Assembly: GCA_002269645.1 (NCBI GenBank)
Contig: NIVC01003614.1
Coordinates: forward strand, 23,621-87,620
From: Macrostomum lignano
Lineage: Eukaryota
Direction of reading: 5' to 3'
Length of the DNA: 64,000 nucleotides
A program made the position numbers and the translations under genes. Position 1 is the stretch's first letter, and every line of letters begins with the position of its first letter. A model generated the notes under the pieces. The model searched no databases, was not told where the DNA came from, and saw only the letters and a program-made list of their open reading frames with translations. Shown one piece after another: positions 60,518 through 64,000 of the stretch.

Positions 60518-63500
60518 ATGATAGGAGCGCTCACCGAGTTTGACCCATTAGCAGTCTACCTAAAAGTCATGAAAGGCCGTCTGGACGACCTGCCGATCAT
60601 GAACAGCCGCGTCGTGCGCATCTTCCTGTCGTCCACCTTCTCGGACATGGGAACGGAGCGCAACTACCTCATGCAGCACGTCAATCCAAGGCTGAAAAAG
60701 TTCTGCCGCGACTCCTTCGGACTCGAGTTTCAAACCATCGACATGCGATGGGGTCGGTGACGAGGTACAGCTCGACCACCAGGGTCCGTACATGTGCTAC
60801 AAAGAGATCGACAACTCGCTCATCATGTCAGCCGGCCCCTACTTCATCTGTCTGCTGGGTCAGCGCTATGGCAACCAGCCGCCTGCAGCCCTTGTCGAGG
60901 TCGACGTTTTCAACAACATCGTGGAAGCGTTGAAGGAGGACGGACGCGACGTCTCGTGTCTACACGAGTGGTACACGATCGATGAGAACAACAAGCCACC
61001 AATCTGCGTGCTGAGACCGATTGCAACTCTAGCAGAGGCGGTAAGTGTGATTTTTAACGATTAATGCAGCGCTTGTTTTTCAGAGTTTGCAAAAGGATAA
61101 ATTTAATAACCTCTAATCTCGTAATTCATTGTTCCAGGCGGACAAGGAGCTCTTGAAAGCTGCTCGACAGCGGTGGGAAGCTGTCCAAGACTCCATCATC
61201 GGACTCATGAAGAGAGGTGCCGAGTTGTGTCTTCAAAAGACTTTGATCTCGCACGCGACAATGAAGAAGTTCACGGCGTCTGTCACCGAGATGGAGGTGA
61301 TCAGCGGAATATTGTCAAAACCTCCGCAAAAGTTGGCTCAGGCTCTCGCATTCGTGAGAGAATTCTCTGATCTGGAGTCTCAGCGCGACTTCTCTCGAGG
61401 AAAGATGTTCAAGTTCATCGACCTGACCGACTCTTTGAACGAAGATGGCGAGGCAGTAAAGGTTCTTGATGAAGCTGTGAACGCGATGGTCAAGGAGTTG
61501 AACAGACACGTTCTGACTCGAATGGCGGGATCCAATTCCTTCACTTACTCACTAAAATGGACCAATGACGCTGAGGGTGTGGGCATGAGTAGCCACAAAG
61601 ACTATCTGGAAAAGTTTGGCAGCGACTACTGCGATAATGTGAAGCGCCTCGTGGCCGAATCCGTGCGGAGAGCATGCGGCTCCGATCGGACGACCTCTAC
61701 TCGGAGGTGCTGCAGCACTCGACTGCATGCGTCAACTACGTGAAGAAGTTCCAGGGTCGGCAAGAGATCATCGACAAGGTGAAAGCTTATGTGCAAGCGA
61801 GCAACACAACGGAGCCTCTGGTGGTGTACGGCGACTCGGGCAGCGGCAAGACCTCTCTACTTGGCAAGGCCGCCAGTCTGGTGCGAAGCTGGTTGCCAGA
61901 GTCCGATTCCAAAGATGCCATCGTGCTGTTGCGATTCCTCGGCACCAGTCCCGGTACGTCGAGCATTCGACAGACACTCAAGTATCTGTGCCTCAGCTCG
62001 CTGTGTTCGGCAACGAGGACGACCAGGAAAAGTGCGAGTCACTCGACGACTTCAAGAGATCTTGAACACCTTCTACTCCATGCTCGAACGCATGGGCCAG
62101 TTCAGGAGAATCTTGGTGTTCCTTGACAGTGTTGATCAGCTGGACAGCTCTGACGGTGCCTACCATCTGACGTGGGTGCGGACGCCATTGCCTGCCAACG
62201 TGAAGATGGTTGTGTCCACTCTGCCCAACATGTTCGATTTGCTGAAGACATTCAAAGGGAAGCTGCCTAACCCAGACATCTACGTGGAGGTGACGCCACT
62301 GGAGACCAGTCTGTGCACCAGCATTTTGTCGGCTCTGCTCAGCGAACAAGGTCGCACTCTGAACGAGCAGCAATGGGCTCTGGTCGAGCAGGCATTCTCC
62401 AAGTGCTCACTGCCAATCTATGTTCACCTGCTGTACCACGAGGTTCTGAGATGGCGCTCTTACCAACAGGTAGATGAGTCGTCTCTGCGCTACACCGTTC
62501 GTCAGGCAATATTTCAGCTGTTCGAGAAACTCGAGTTGAAGCACGCAGGCTTTTTGTAAGTATTTCGTTCGTGTTAGTTACTGTAGCCCAGGCTAGTGAG
62601 AATATTCCACAACTATCCACTTATCTACAGTGATTGGATTATTCTAGTCAGAATGACTCTCTCTGCTCATTTGTTTTTCCAGACCTCTCACGCCCTGGCA
62701 TTTATCACTGCATCGAGAACGGACTGTCAGAGTCGGAGCTGGAGGATCTGCTCAGTCTGGATGACGCCGTCCTCATTGACGTGTTTCAGCATCACCTGCC
62801 GCCCTTCATCCGCATCCCGCCGATCTGCTGGGCTCGACTGCGTCACGACATTGGCTCTTACCTGGTCGAGAGAGAGGCGGACAACATCCGGGTAGTGTTC
62901 TGGTACCACCGACAGTTCATCGAGGTGGCTCAGGAGTACTTCTTGTCGGACGAAAAGACCAGACGGGACATTCACTCTATCATGGCAGACTACTTCTTGG
63001 GTCTGTGGAGCGGCAGGAGAAAGAAGTTCGTGTACCCAGCCTATCTGCGCAAGAAGCTCGTAAGTGATGAGCACTGAAATTGATCTGTTCTCTGAACCGA
63101 CTTACTGAGCCGTTCATGCATTCGTTCTCACTCCAGAACCTGCCCGAGTTCTCAATGGAGGACCGAGCCGTTCCGAGCAGCCATTCGTGCTCCGCAAAGA
63201 TGAGGACGGCACTGCTCAGTACAACCTGCGAAAGCTGAACGAGCTGCCGTGGCACCTCATCAAGTCCGGTCGAGTGAACGAGTTCTACGACTACATTGTG
63301 TTTGACTACGACTTCATGTTCAACAAGCTGAAGGGCACGTCTCGGTACCTGCTGCTGAGAGACCTCGACCTCCCGCAGAAGCTCGGTGTCGAGTACATCA
63401 AAGAGGCCGAGCTCGTGTACAATGCAATCCGACTCTCCGCTCAGAGTCTCGTATACGACCTTCAATCTGAGCGTTGATCTCATCGTCGGCTCATCATACG

Positions 63501-64000
63501 AGAAGGACTGTCCTCGAGTGAAGCTGCTGCTCAACCAGTGTCGCCAGTCGAAACAGGCTCTCAGCAACTGCTGCCTCATCCCGAAGGTGCAGTGCTTCGA
63601 CTCCGGGTCTGGATTCTCTACTCCAGCTTTGATCTCGGACTCGGAATGGGACTGGTCATGCCCAACGGTCAGCTGGTGTCCTTCTCACTCATCAAACAAC
63701 GAAGTCACCTGTACGACATCGAGGAAATGAGATCAAACGGTTCAGCTCCGACTAACAACCTGTTCCTCAGCATGAAGTACATGTCGACTGGATACATCCC
63801 AGGCGACTGCGTAATGCACGTGCTATCGATGCGCTCGAAGAATGCCGGTGTCACCGAGGACGACATGCAGGCGCTTGTCCTTAACATGGGTCGGAAGAAG
63901 ATCCAAGAGGAGATCGAAGAATACGAAGCGTGCAACAAGGATGTGCCGCAAGAGCTGCGAGACATGATGGAATCGCTCAACGCTGGAGAGATTCCAGACA
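60518..64000 (+). CDS. NWD: NWD1/NWD2-type NACHT-domain protein (DUF4062-like N-terminus, P-loop NTPase, helical region); 3' end outside the window; frameshifted in this sequence
   Basis: Motifs [25 protein letters not shown], Walker [10 protein letters not shown], Walker [50 protein letters not shown]. Introns at 61041-61137, 62556-62682 and 63060-63136. About 9 frameshifts are needed to join the pieces, so it is an assembly-error-laden gene or a young pseudogene. Confidence 0.85.

Overview
Eukaryotic (metazoan) genomic DNA with spliced, GC3-rich genes and introns packed with tandem repeats. It is most likely a Macrostomum-type flatworm; this is an inference from the minisatellite load and from a 28-nt near-copy of the Macrostomum lignano spliced leader, which I quote from memory. 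Genes reconstructed by hand: (1) a 7-exon X11/Mint/LIN-10 adaptor (PTB + 2 PDZ, ~752 aa, minus strand, 5021-20749); (2) a 4-exon D2-like dopamine receptor (~531 aa, minus, 24175-43867); (3) an intronless 95-aa secreted six-cysteine orphan (50663-50950); (4) a 2-exon divergent NPY/NPF-like prohormone whose amidation signal appears only after splicing (...WSGQMR|F-G-R-stop, 52516-52867); (5) an intronless ~831-aa orphan with TATA box and polyA signal (54719-57214); (6) an NWD1/2-type NACHT gene running off the right end and broken by about 9 frameshifts (60518-64000). There are also two copies of a tRNA-derived SINE, decayed transposase-like fragments and more than 30 distinct micro/minisatellite arrays. 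Most long ORFs in the supplied track are artefacts of these arrays. No CRISPR array, rRNA or true tRNA gene was found.
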